Positions 10,170 to 19,899 of a stretch of 64,000 bases of DNA are shown piece after piece. The translations under genes and the position numbers were made by a program. The stretch's first letter is position 1; the number at the start of each line of letters is the position of its first letter. The notes beneath the pieces are model-generated. The model was not told the DNA's origin. It did not search any database and was given only the letters and a program-made list of their open reading frames with translations. The stretch lies in the NCBI GenBank assembly GCA_002737415.1, contig NSIQ01000026.1:116120-180119 (forward strand), written 5' to 3'. The DNA is from Alcaligenaceae bacterium (lineage in GTDB: Bacteria; Pseudomonadota; Gammaproteobacteria; Burkholderiales; Burkholderiaceae_B).

Positions 10170-11345
10170 TCAGACCTGCACCGGAACCGGCTGTCCAAGT
10201 ACAACATGCCCGGGCATATCCAAGAGCGCCTGGGCAATTCGCTCACGATGCTCGTAACTAGTGCCCAAGCGCATCGACCAAGCGGTGACCCGCCGTAACC
10301 AAAGGTGCAAGTCAAACTCCATCATGAAACCAATACCGCCATGAATGGACTGCGAGTTGCGACAGACCGCAGGGCACTTGTCATTACAAAATGCTTTGGC
10401 TTGCGACACTTCAACTCGCGCAGGCATACCGTTGTCCATTTTCCAAAGTGCTTCGTACGCCAGCAGTTCGCCACCATCGATCGAAATAATCATGTCGGCA
10501 CACGTGTGTTGAATCGACTGAAAGGCACCAATTGGCTGACCAAAGGCTTCACGAAACTTTGAGTGATCAATCGCCATCTCTGCATCGATACGTGTGGCGC
10601 CTAGAATTTGGGTGCATAACAAGACGGTCGCAAGATCAAGGAGGTCTTGCATGATTGGCCAACCCTGATTCAGGCTGCCCAGCATATTTACTTTCGGCAC
10701 ACGCACTTGCTCAAACATCACTTCGCATTGTTGGTCTTTGGCCAAGGTGCGCAGTCTGGCATGAGAGATGCCGGCGGCGTTCGAATCGATCAAAAACAAT
10801 GAGATACCCGCGTTGCTGGCAGAAGCTGGGGCCGTGCGGCAGGCCACTAAAATTTGATTGGACGCGGCAAAGTTATCAACGAAAAGTTTTTTGCCGGTGA
10901 TCATAAAATGATCGCCCTCTGCGACGGCCATTGTTTTGACCGTTTCAGGTAAAAAACGTGGATCTTGCTCTGAAAAGGCCCAAGTCAAGATCGTTTTGCC
11001 CTCTGAGACGGCTGGCAAAATACTTTGGCGTTGCGCCTGGGTGCCTGCTTTCTGGATCGTGAGCGAAGTCACCGCAGTACTATGCAACGGAATCGGTGCC
11101 ATTGCGCGGCCGACCTCTTGCATGACGAGGCCCAGATAGGTGAGCGGTAAGGCTTGACCGCCGTACTCTTCGTCCAAACACATACCCGTCCAACCCATCT
11201 CGGTGCATTTTGCCCACAGCTCGGGAGGATGGCCGATCGGGTCTTCTTCCATTTGACGTACCAAGGCGGTCGAGCATTCTCCTTCAAGAAACTCGCGCGC
11301 ACTTGACGCCACTAACTGTTCTTCATCGTTTAAAAGCACGTCCAT
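10170..11345 (-). CDS. Acyl-CoA dehydrogenase family protein, probable non-catalytic partner subunit
   Basis: LDEEYGG, ITGKKLFV, REAFGQPIGAFQSIQH and IHGGIGF motifs; no obvious catalytic Glu. Confidence 0.88.
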   Translation of the reverse strand: MDVLLNDEEQLVASSAREFLEGECSTALVRQMEEDPIGHPPELWAKCTEMGWTGMCLDEEYGGQALPLTYLGLVMQEVGRAMAPIPLHSTAVTSLTIQKAGTQAQRQSILPAVSEGKTILTWAFSEQDPRFLPETVKTMAVAEGDHFMITGKKLFVDNFAASNQILVACRTAPASASNAGISLFLIDSNAAGISHARLRTLAKDQQCEVMFEQVRVPKVNMLGSLNQGWPIMQDLLDLATVLLCTQILGATRIDAEMAIDHSKFREAFGQPIGAFQSIQHTCADMIISIDGGELLAYEALWKMDNGMPARVEVSQAKAFCNDKCPAVCRNSQSIHGGIGFMMEFDLHLWLRRVTAWSMRLGTSYEHRERIAQALLDMPGHVVLGQPVPVQV

Positions 11346-11407
11346 CTTATTTCCTATATGTTCTTCAATGACTGCAGCGTTGAATTCCTTTTTGCCGAGG
11401 GCTCAGG

Positions 11408-12667
11408 CTACTTGACCACCGCTTTAGCGCGACGCATCGAGGGCATTTCAAGCCCACGCTTTGCGACTTGATCACGCATGATCTGCACGCTGCCGTGATT
11501 GATGCCCGACTGAAAGGCGCCCATCGTGTTGTGTGCGAACACGCCTTTTTCAACCGCGTGCGGCGACCCATTGAGCAGTGTGCCGTACGCCCCTAACATT
11601 TGCGTAATCGCCTCAGTCGTTCTGACACCGTGCTCTGGCGACCAAACTTTTTCAGCCGAACCTTCGTAGGTAAAGTTGCCGCCGCGCTCAACGATTGACA
11701 TGCTGCGCATCGTCATCAACCGGCACACCTGCGCTTCAATCCACAACTCGGCAATCTTGTCACGAATGGCTGGATTGTCTTTGGGCGCGTAACCCCCGAA
11801 GTCGTTAGCCTTGACCCAGTTCACGATATCTTCGTCGCGGCGCACCGAGCGCAAGTAACGCGCCGCGCCAACGCGATCAAGGTTCAAGCCCATTGAGCCC
11901 ACACGCCAGCCTTGGTTTTCGCGACCGAGCAAGCACGATTCGTGAATGCGAACATTTTCAAAGAAGACTTCGTTAGTACGTGCATCGCCGTAGGTGGTAC
12001 CGCGCGGTGCTCGGGGATTGTTTTGAATCGTCCAGAGTGGGCGCACAGTGAGGCCGGGCGTATCCATCGGGAATAGAAAAATCGAAATGCCGTCATGACG
12101 ACTTGCATCGGGATCCGTGCGCGCCATCAGATACATGTGCGTGGCATGGTGCGCAGACGTTGTGTACATCTTCTGCCCATTGATGGCAAAGTGATCACCG
12201 TCGCGAATCGCCCGGCAGCGCAGCGCCGCTAAATCAGCGCCTGCATGCGGCTCGGTAAAGCCAAGTGCGAAAGAGTATTCCATCTTGATCAGCTTTGGCA
12301 GATAGTGTTGCTTCTGCTGTTCGGTGCCCACTGCCATGATGGCGGGTGCGCCGCTACCAACTAAGCTGATCGGCAAGCCGGCTCGTTGAAATTCTTCTTC
12401 AATAATATTTTGACTGACCCGATTGCCATCAGCGCCACCATACTCTTTCGGGTAGCTATAACCCAGCCAACCGCGGTCATCGATCTTTTGATAAAGCGCC
12501 GCCACTAAGGGGCCGCGCTTGTTAGACAGGCGCGCGCCTTTGCCGGCTTCATGCGCCTCTTCGGTGGCATCAAGTTCTGCATACACCTCCGGCGTCATAT
12601 GCGTGCGAATAAAATCCAACACGTCGCGACGCAGTTGCGTCTGTTCTTTGGTGTGACCGAAATCCAT
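11408..12667 (-). CDS. Acyl-CoA dehydrogenase family protein
   Basis: PKEYGG, LGFTEPHAGADLA, INGQKMYT and NEVFFENVR motifs; start moved to MDFG at 12667, which follows a GGAGAG RBS. Confidence 0.9.
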   Translation of the reverse strand: MDFGHTKEQTQLRRDVLDFIRTHMTPEVYAELDATEEAHEAGKGARLSNKRGPLVAALYQKIDDRGWLGYSYPKEYGGADGNRVSQNIIEEEFQRAGLPISLVGSGAPAIMAVGTEQQKQHYLPKLIKMEYSFALGFTEPHAGADLAALRCRAIRDGDHFAINGQKMYTTSAHHATHMYLMARTDPDASRHDGISIFLFPMDTPGLTVRPLWTIQNNPRAPRGTTYGDARTNEVFFENVRIHESCLLGRENQGWRVGSMGLNLDRVGAARYLRSVRRDEDIVNWVKANDFGGYAPKDNPAIRDKIAELWIEAQVCRLMTMRSMSIVERGGNFTYEGSAEKVWSPEHGVRTTEAITQMLGAYGTLLNGSPHAVEKGVFAHNTMGAFQSGINHGSVQIMRDQVAKRGLEMPSMRRAKAVVK

Positions 12668-13104
12668 CTGTCTACTCTCCCAATACGCCGCGCGCGTCAA
12701 TGCGCACGCATAAGTTCTTTGCACAAGAGCCCCAAAACGTTGTGGCTAGAGGCAGTAAGAAGGTGTTTAAGTGGCCGAGGAGGGCTGTATTGCTGCAAGT
12801 GCACAACTATCAATATGCGAGGATTCGGCGAGAATCTGATCGATCGTTTGGCATATACCAAGCGTTGAACCGCTTCAGGCTGCAACTTCAGCTTTGTCTC
12901 AAACCACTTGTTTTTAAAACTATTTGTATAGGATTTATCCTAGCATAAAGGCCTAGGCTCGGCATCTCATTTCTATCCGCCATGTGGACATGTTAGTTGT
13001 GCGTGAGGCGTTTCGGGTAAGCGTCGAGTAATCGACTTTGTTGCGCAGCCCGATTCAGACAAGCTAATATCAAATCTGAAAACTAAACTTGGAGACATTG
13101 CAAC

Positions 13105-14034
13105 ATGAAGATTTTATTTTTTAATGATTTCAAGCTAGGGATTCTGAAAGGCGACCAGGTGGTTGACGTGTCTGCTGTGGTGGCTGACATTCCACATCTG
13201 GGTCCCCATGATTTGATCAATGGTTTGATCGAGCGCTTTGACGCTTATCGCCCTAAGATCGAAGAGGCCGTTCGCAAGGGTACGGGTGTGCCAGTGAGTT
13301 CGGTGCGTATTCGTCCGCCACTGCCTAAGCCGGGCAATATTGACTGCATGGCGGTTAACTACATGGAAGACGGCACCCGCACCGCGCCGGCGCCTATCAA
13401 CGCATTTCAAAAAGCGCCCGGTGCGATTATTGGCCACGGCGACACGATGGTGCTGCCTGACGTTGCTGCCAGTGTGTTTGAAGGCGAGGCCGAGATCGCC
13501 TTGGTCATCGGCAAGCGCGCAACCAATGTGACTGCCAAAGATGCGATGAATTATGTGTTTGGTTATGTCAATTTTATTGACGGCTCAGCACGTGGGTTAG
13601 GACCTGAAGGTAACGTGTTTTTTCAAATGAAATCGCGTGATACGTTCGCACCAATCGGGCCTTACATTGTGACGGCTGACGAGATCCCCAACCCGCAAAA
13701 GCTGCAGATTCGCCTTTGGAACAACGGCAAACTCATGCAGAATTTCAACACCGATGACATGGCGCATAATATTCCACGCTGCATCGAGTGGGTGAGTTCG
13801 ATTCACACCCTTGAGCCTGGCGACATTGTGGCAACAGGTACGAATCATCGAGGCCTGAACGCCTTTATAGACGGCGACAAGATTGAGCTCGAGTGCGAAG
13901 GATTAGGTCGCTTAGCGTTCAATATTCGCGACGACTTAAAGCGGACCTGGGGTCGTCAAACACGACTTGAGCATGCGGATGCGAAGTTGCCAGGTGTGCA
14001 CACGCCGCAGTTGAGTGGTAAGTACAAAAAATAA
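13105..14034 (+). CDS. Fumarylacetoacetate hydrolase family protein
   Basis: FEGEAEIALVIGK, KSRDTFAPIGP and LEPGDIVATGT motifs; GGAG RBS. Confidence 0.9.
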   Translation: MKILFFNDFKLGILKGDQVVDVSAVVADIPHLGPHDLINGLIERFDAYRPKIEEAVRKGTGVPVSSVRIRPPLPKPGNIDCMAVNYMEDGTRTAPAPINAFQKAPGAIIGHGDTMVLPDVAASVFEGEAEIALVIGKRATNVTAKDAMNYVFGYVNFIDGSARGLGPEGNVFFQMKSRDTFAPIGPYIVTADEIPNPQKLQIRLWNNGKLMQNFNTDDMAHNIPRCIEWVSSIHTLEPGDIVATGTNHRGLNAFIDGDKIELECEGLGRLAFNIRDDLKRTWGRQTRLEHADAKLPGVHTPQLSGKYKK

Positions 14035-14048
14035 CCAGAGTTAAAGTC

Positions 14049-14087
14049 AAAAAGCTACGCCCCAAAAAAATCGAGGCGTAGCTTTTT
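14049..14087. terminator. Bidirectional intrinsic terminator
   Basis: AAAAAGCTACGCC / GGCGTAGCTTTTT inverted repeat between convergent genes. Confidence 0.75.
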
Positions 14088-14095
14088 ATGCTCGC

Positions 14096-15625
14096 TTAAG
14101 CGAGAGACTTTTCAGCCACGGCATTGCGCCCAGCGATGCGCCCAAACGCGAAGCACTCGCCGATATTGCCGGTCCCTTGATACAGATAGCTGTACATCGA
14201 GCCCATCTCACCCGCGCTGTAAAGGCGCGGGATCGGAGTGCCGTCAGGCCGCACGATCTGCGCGTGTTTATTTCGACGCGGCCCACCCTGCGTGTTGAGC
14301 ATTGAGGGTGATAGCTCGACCGCATAAAAGGGACCTGAGTCGAACGGTGCGAGCATCTTAGTGCGTCCGAAATCGCTATCAGAACCAGCAGCACACTGTG
14401 CGTTCCAGCGCGCCACGGTTTGGTCCAAACTGCCCGCGGGTAATTTCAGTAAAGTGGCAAGTGCCGCGAGTGTTGGAGCCGACTTAATCCATCCCTTGGC
14501 GAGTTCAGCCCGATTGTCTTTGCTCCAGGCATAGCCGCTCATAATTTGTGTCCAGCCGTGCGTTGGCTTGCCGTCATAAATCGGGCCACCATCGAGCATG
14601 GTTTGATCAAAAATCATGCGCATTGGGCAAGGGGTACGCAAAGCTTGCCATTTACCATTTTGCTCAACTTTACCGTGACGCGTTTTATATTTTTCGTCGG
14701 TAAAGCGTTTGCCATCTGGGCCCACTACGAGCACACCACCGACTGGTTCGTGCGAAAAATGTAGCGCCATCATCGAGAACGTGGTTGGATATTCAGGGAC
14801 CTTGAGCGCCATTGATGGGCCGGCAAAGTTATTCATGTGCCACAAATCCGCACCGACTTCCATCGCCATTCGGATCCCGTCACCCTCGTTAAACGGGCTG
14901 CCCGAGGTGTAGCAGTAAGGCAAGCCACTCAGATAGTTACGAATCATGTCTTGATTGTTTTCAAAACCACCACAAGTCAGTACCACCGCCTTATTGGCCT
15001 TAATGTTGATGGGTTTGCCATTTTGCAAGGCGACCACACCAACAATGTTTTGCGTCAACGAGTCTTGTAACAAGCGCTGCCCTGGGCAGTCAGAACGTAT
15101 CTCAATGGGTCGCGCGCGCACCGCTTGGTCGAGCATCTCCCAGGTCTTTGAATAGCCCAGAATGTCGCCATGGTGGTATTTATGTACGCATTCAGCGCCC
15201 GGCAAGTCCGGGAACTCGATGCCTGCTGGTTGAAACTGGTGCTCTTGTGGATCGCCCCCTATCGAGCTGAGCCATGCATTATTTTTACACATTTCGTCGG
15301 CCCACACTTCAACCATGTCTTGCGGCACTTTGTATGGGCCCGCTAAGGCGTTGAAGTAGGTGATCGCGGCCTCAGTCGATGAGGTATTGAGGTAGCCTTG
15401 TGCCGCGACGCGAGTGTTGCCACCCTCTTGGCCCTGAGGGGCTTTATCTAACAAGATGACCGAAGCACCTGCCTCGACTGCAGTGATAGCTGTGGCTGCA
15501 CCCGCACCGCCAAACCCGACGACAACAACATCTGCGACTGCATCCCAGTGCGTGGGCAAGGTATTTCTTTGACTCATCTTTGTATCCAGTTGTTCGATTG
15601 CTTGTTTGTTCACTGACTTGTTCAC
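14096..15625 (-). CDS. FAD-binding dehydrogenase (fumarate reductase flavoprotein / 3-ketosteroid dehydrogenase-like, FAD_binding_2)
   Basis: VVVVGFGGAG, GGNT, VLTCGGFE, NTQGG and IPRLYSAGE motifs. Confidence 0.85.
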   Translation of the reverse strand: MNKSVNKQAIEQLDTKMSQRNTLPTHWDAVADVVVVGFGGAGAATAITAVEAGASVILLDKAPQGQEGGNTRVAAQGYLNTSSTEAAITYFNALAGPYKVPQDMVEVWADEMCKNNAWLSSIGGDPQEHQFQPAGIEFPDLPGAECVHKYHHGDILGYSKTWEMLDQAVRARPIEIRSDCPGQRLLQDSLTQNIVGVVALQNGKPINIKANKAVVLTCGGFENNQDMIRNYLSGLPYCYTSGSPFNEGDGIRMAMEVGADLWHMNNFAGPSMALKVPEYPTTFSMMALHFSHEPVGGVLVVGPDGKRFTDEKYKTRHGKVEQNGKWQALRTPCPMRMIFDQTMLDGGPIYDGKPTHGWTQIMSGYAWSKDNRAELAKGWIKSAPTLAALATLLKLPAGSLDQTVARWNAQCAAGSDSDFGRTKMLAPFDSGPFYAVELSPSMLNTQGGPRRNKHAQIVRPDGTPIPRLYSAGEMGSMYSYLYQGTGNIGECFAFGRIAGRNAVAEKSLA

Positions 15626-16597
15626 TTACTTCAGCAGACCCGTCTCTTTAAAATACTGTGTGTACCATTCAATCTCAGCCGGAAACTTGCTCGCGACCGT
15701 CGCACCATCCTCGTAGGCATAAGGCAAGTTGTATTTGATGAGAATTTGCTTGAACTCAGGCGATTCGGCGACTTGTTTGAGTGCTGCTTCTAAGTTCGCT
15801 GCCACAGCGTCGGGCAGACCGGCGGGCGCGACCACAATCATCCCGCTCGGTGGATTAGTTGGCGGACAGCCGATATCTTTCATCACAGGAATGTCTGGCC
15901 GTTTTGGGTCGCGCTCCTCAACGTGAAAGGTGACCAACTCACGAAACTGACCTTGCTCGACCAAGAGAATATGCGACCCAGAGCCTGCAACAAAATCCAC
16001 GTGTTTGCCCATCAAGGCCGTGTTGGCAGTCGAGCCACCCTTGGTAGGCATGTGCTTGAACACAAGGCCCTTGCAGCGCGCAAACGCTTCGACGCCGATT
16101 TGTTGCTGCGTATGTGGGCCGCTAGACGAGTAAGTCAGGCCAGGATTTTTCTTTGCGTAGTCAACAAATTGGTCAACCGTTTTGATAGGAGAATCAGCAT
16201 TTACAACAAGTCCGCCAATGTAATAGCTGAATTGCATCAGCGGACGAAAGCTTTGGGCATTATAGGCAAGTTTGAGTAGCAGCGGTCGCATGGTGATAGA
16301 TCCGACCGACGTGACTAACAAGGTGTAGCCATCGGGCTTTTTGCTCGCGAGTAAGCCGTTTGCCACGGTCGCGCCGCCACCGCCCTTATTCTCAATCGTC
16401 ACGGGTACGCCTAGTATTTTTTCAATACCTTGCGCTAAGGCGCGTCCTGTGATGTCGGTCGTGCCACCGGCAGCAAAGGCGATATACATTGTGATTGGTT
16501 TGTCGGGGTATTTGGCTGTTGCCAGGCCGCTTGCGAGCAAGCCGCCCGTTAGCATGAGGCTAAGCCCTGCAAGACGAAAACGTTTACTGAGTGTCAT
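15626..16597 (-). CDS. tctC: TctC/Bug substrate-binding protein
   Basis: YPDKPITM, GGTTD and KPDGYT motifs; start placed at MTLSK (16597), which follows GAGG; downstream of tctBA. Confidence 0.88.
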   Translation of the reverse strand: MTLSKRFRLAGLSLMLTGGLLASGLATAKYPDKPITMYIAFAAGGTTDITGRALAQGIEKILGVPVTIENKGGGGATVANGLLASKKPDGYTLLVTSVGSITMRPLLLKLAYNAQSFRPLMQFSYYIGGLVVNADSPIKTVDQFVDYAKKNPGLTYSSSGPHTQQQIGVEAFARCKGLVFKHMPTKGGSTANTALMGKHVDFVAGSGSHILLVEQGQFRELVTFHVEERDPKRPDIPVMKDIGCPPTNPPSGMIVVAPAGLPDAVAANLEAALKQVAESPEFKQILIKYNLPYAYEDGATVASKFPAEIEWYTQYFKETGLLK

Positions 16598-16622
16598 AGA
16601 AATCCTCACGTAGAAATAATGG

Positions 16623-18137
16623 CTAAGCATTCTCATCGGCCGAGGCGACGAGGGCGTTGCGCTTTTTGCGAATCGCCGGCAGTACCGCACTGATTAATAA
16701 TAGTGCCGCAACAAACAGAAATCCTGCGGCAATCGGGCGACTCACAAAAATCCCCATACTACCGCCCGAAATAATCAAAGACTGACGCAGAGAATCTTCA
16801 AGGATCGGGCTCAAGACGTAAGCAAGAATCAAAGGCGCAGGCTCGTAGTCAAACTTGCGCATCAAATAGCCCACGACGCCAAAGAAAAGCATCAGATAAA
16901 GATCCATCTCACTGCCATTGATGACGTACGCACCAATCAGCGCTATAAATAAAATCAGCGGAAACAACACGGCGTAGCGCACGCGCAATAAGCGCACCCA
17001 AAGTCCGATTAGCGGCAGGTTCAACACCAGCAACATGGCGTTGCCTATGTACATACTTGTGACAGTTCCCCAAAAGAGCTCAGGATTTTTTTGAATCATC
17101 AATGGGCCCGGTGTAATGCCATGAATCATCAGTGCGCCGAGCAAAATACCCATGACCGCGTTGGCTGGGATTCCGAGTGTCAACAGAGGGATGAAGGCAG
17201 CTTGCGCGGCGGCGTTATTGGCCGCCTCAGGGCCAGCCACCCCAGCGATTGCGCCATGTCCAAATTTCTCAGGCGTTTTTGAAATGCGTTTTTCGGTGCC
17301 GTAGGAAATAAACGAGGAAAGTACCGCACCACCGCCGGGCAAGATTCCGAGTAAAAAGCCTAAAAAAGAGCCGCGCATAATCGGGGCGAAAGATTCTTTC
17401 CAGTCTTGTCGGCTAGGCAGTAGGTTTTTGACTTTGCTGACGACCACGCCCTGTTTGATGGTCTTTTCTACATTTAGCAAAATTTCAGAAACGCCAAAGA
17501 GCCCCATGGCGAGCGGCGCGATACCGATCCCGTCGAGCAGGTCAGAGACGCCGAAGGTGAATCTGGGTAGTCCTGTCATCGTGTCAAGGCCAACGACGCC
17601 GGCTAGCACACCAACGCCTGCCATCATGAGTGACTTGGCCATTGATTTTTGCGCCAGGTAGGTCAAAATCACCAGACCCATAATCATCAGCGCAAAGTAT
17701 TCGGGTGGGCCAAACCTCAGGGCAATTGAGGCAAGCGGAGGCGCGAGCAGCATCAAGCCAATAATGCCGATCGTGCCCGCGATGAACGAGCCGAAGGCCG
17801 CGATGCCTAAGGCAGGGCCAGCGCGACCCTGTAGCGCCATTTGGTGGCCGTCTAGCATCGTCACCACTGAAGCCGCTTCTCCAGGTATCCCGACCAGAAT
17901 TGAAGTGGTCGACCCCCCGTATTGTGCGCCGTAGTAAATGCCTGACAGCATGATGATTGCTGTCACGGGAGAAATGCCAAAGGTGATCGGCAACAAAATC
18001 GACATTGCGCCAACAGGGCCAATACCAGGCAACACGCCGATCAGCGTGCCAAGCAGTACACCGATAAAACAAAAGAAAATATTGTGGGGCTGAAAGGCGA
18101 CCGAGAAGCCGGTCATGAGGTTGTCTGCTAAGTCCAT
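16623..18137 (-). CDS. tctA: Tripartite tricarboxylate transporter permease TctA
   Basis: [21 protein letters not shown] and [11 protein letters not shown] motifs. Confidence 0.92.
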   Translation of the reverse strand: MDLADNLMTGFSVAFQPHNIFFCFIGVLLGTLIGVLPGIGPVGAMSILLPITFGISPVTAIIMLSGIYYGAQYGGSTTSILVGIPGEAASVVTMLDGHQMALQGRAGPALGIAAFGSFIAGTIGIIGLMLLAPPLASIALRFGPPEYFALMIMGLVILTYLAQKSMAKSLMMAGVGVLAGVVGLDTMTGLPRFTFGVSDLLDGIGIAPLAMGLFGVSEILLNVEKTIKQGVVVSKVKNLLPSRQDWKESFAPIMRGSFLGFLLGILPGGGAVLSSFISYGTEKRISKTPEKFGHGAIAGVAGPEAANNAAAQAAFIPLLTLGIPANAVMGILLGALMIHGITPGPLMIQKNPELFWGTVTSMYIGNAMLLVLNLPLIGLWVRLLRVRYAVLFPLILFIALIGAYVINGSEMDLYLMLFFGVVGYLMRKFDYEPAPLILAYVLSPILEDSLRQSLIISGGSMGIFVSRPIAAGFLFVAALLLISAVLPAIRKKRNALVASADENA

Positions 18138-18152
18138 AGGGAGTCGCGCGCC

Positions 18153-18611
18153 TCAGAAGCCAAAAATTCCCGCGGGGAGCGAGATTTTTAGAATGGTTTT
18201 AAAAAGGAGGTAGGTACAGCCGATCGCGATGACTGGCACGAGAATTGAGGTTTTCCAGCTTAAGCCTTCAAGCCAACGCATGATGATGAGCAGCAAAATA
18301 AAACTGCACAGAAAAAAGCCAAGTGTTTCGAAGGCTAAAATGAACAAAATGATCAGTATCGAGACGGCGACCGCGCGCCACCAGTTACAGCCCGCCCACA
18401 GGCCAGCCACGCGAGTTTGTGCCGCTGGGTCGCCTTTGAACGATTGGATGAATATCATCAGCGCCATGAGCGAAACAAAACTACCCGCAACGCAGGTTAA
18501 AAAACCGGAGCCGGGGGCCCCCATGGTGCCAATGCCAAGGCCCAATGCCCCATAGACGGCGGCGGCGCCAATCAGAAGCCAAAACAGACTGCCGACGCGT
18601 TCTGCGTTCAA
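18153..18611 (-). CDS. tctB: TctB small subunit
   Basis: 152 aa, hydrophobic, PGSGF motif, C-terminal LPAG; TTG start after AAGGAG. Confidence 0.85.
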   Translation of the reverse strand: MNAERVGSLFWLLIGAAAVYGALGLGIGTMGAPGSGFLTCVAGSFVSLMALMIFIQSFKGDPAAQTRVAGLWAGCNWWRAVAVSILIILFILAFETLGFFLCSFILLLIIMRWLEGLSWKTSILVPVIAIGCTYLLFKTILKISLPAGIFGF

Positions 18612-18907
18612 GATGTCTCCTTAATTGTTTTTGTCTTGGGCCGAGTGTTGCAGCGAATCGACTGTGCGACGTACCATTTTTAGGCGACACGTTGAAGTTC
18701 GCCCGGCTCTTGCCCATATTTGTAGCAATCCTAGGTCCTAGCCCTCGTATTGTCAACCGTGCAGCAAGCCACCCCGGGCGATAAGCAGTCCCTCGCACTA
18801 TGCTCGTTTCGATATCTCGCTATGTGGTAAGTGCGTTGACATAAGATTCGCCATAGGATTAAGCTCAATCCCAAGATTAATTATTCAAGACAAAACAGGA
18901 GACCACC

Positions 18908-19885
18908 ATGTCAGACATGCCAAAGCGCGTACGTATTCTTGAAGAAGGTCCTCGTGAGGGAATGCAGATTGAAAAAGGTCCGATCGCGACGCAGCGCAAA
19001 ATTGACTTGATCGACAGCTTGTCAGAGACCGGTCTTGAACAAATTCAGGTGACCTCTTTTGTGAGCCCGCAGGCTGTGCCGCAAATGGCCGACGCACCAG
19101 AAATTGTCGCAGGCTTTAAGCGCAAGCCTGGCGTGCGTTACACCGGTTTATGGTTAAACGACAAAGGGCTCGAGCGCGCGATCGCGACCCAAAAACTCGA
19201 TATTCGTGGCTCGCTGTCTTTGACCGCCTCAGAGAAATTTTTGCTACGCAATCAAAAGCGTACCTTGGCTCAAAACATTGAGGCCGTGCATTCGATGATT
19301 GGTATGTTTAAGCACTACAACGTCGAGATTAATCGCGCTAGCATCATGGCCGCCTTTGGTTGTAATTTTGAAGGTGATATTTCGACTGAGCGTGTGCTTG
19401 AATTGATTCAGACGTTCCACGACATCGGCGAGCAACACGGCGTCAAGATTGAAACTTTGTCTCTAGCGGACACCATGGCTTGGGCCACGCCGGGTTCGAT
19501 CCGCAGAGTGGTCGGTGCGGTACGCAATAAGTACCCTGACCTTGCGCTGTCTTTGCACCTGCACGACACCCGTGGGATGGGCATTGCGAATGCCTACGCT
19601 GGTATGCAAATGGGTGTACAGATTTTTGACGCTGCTGTGGCAGGCTTGGGTGGTTGTCCTTTCGCTTCGCACTCTGGTGCGTCAGGTAACGTGTGCACTG
19701 AGGATCTGGTTTTCATGTGTCACGAGATGGGTATTGAAACTGGCATTGATCTTGAAAAATTAATTGAGTCGGCGCTCTTGGCTGAACAAGTTGTTGGCCA
19801 TCCTCTGCCGGGTTCAATCAAGATGGGAGGTTCGTTAAATAAACTGCGCCAGAAAGTTAAAGACTCGATGCAAGTTAAAGCCTGA
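18908..19885 (+). CDS. Hydroxymethylglutaryl-CoA lyase family protein (DRE-TIM metallolyase)
   Basis: EGPREGMQ, LHLHDTRG, GLGGCPF and GNVCTED motifs. Confidence 0.9.
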   Translation: MSDMPKRVRILEEGPREGMQIEKGPIATQRKIDLIDSLSETGLEQIQVTSFVSPQAVPQMADAPEIVAGFKRKPGVRYTGLWLNDKGLERAIATQKLDIRGSLSLTASEKFLLRNQKRTLAQNIEAVHSMIGMFKHYNVEINRASIMAAFGCNFEGDISTERVLELIQTFHDIGEQHGVKIETLSLADTMAWATPGSIRRVVGAVRNKYPDLALSLHLHDTRGMGIANAYAGMQMGVQIFDAAVAGLGGCPFASHSGASGNVCTEDLVFMCHEMGIETGIDLEKLIESALLAEQVVGHPLPGSIKMGGSLNKLRQKVKDSMQVKA

Positions 19886-19899
19886 TCAAGGACATCACC

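Noticed and set aside
1139-15625. Steroid-degradation cluster (ChsE/ChsH/KstD-like families)
   Set aside because: The resemblance is only at family level; there are no ring oxygenases, hsa genes or steroid isomerase, so the substrate cannot be assigned.
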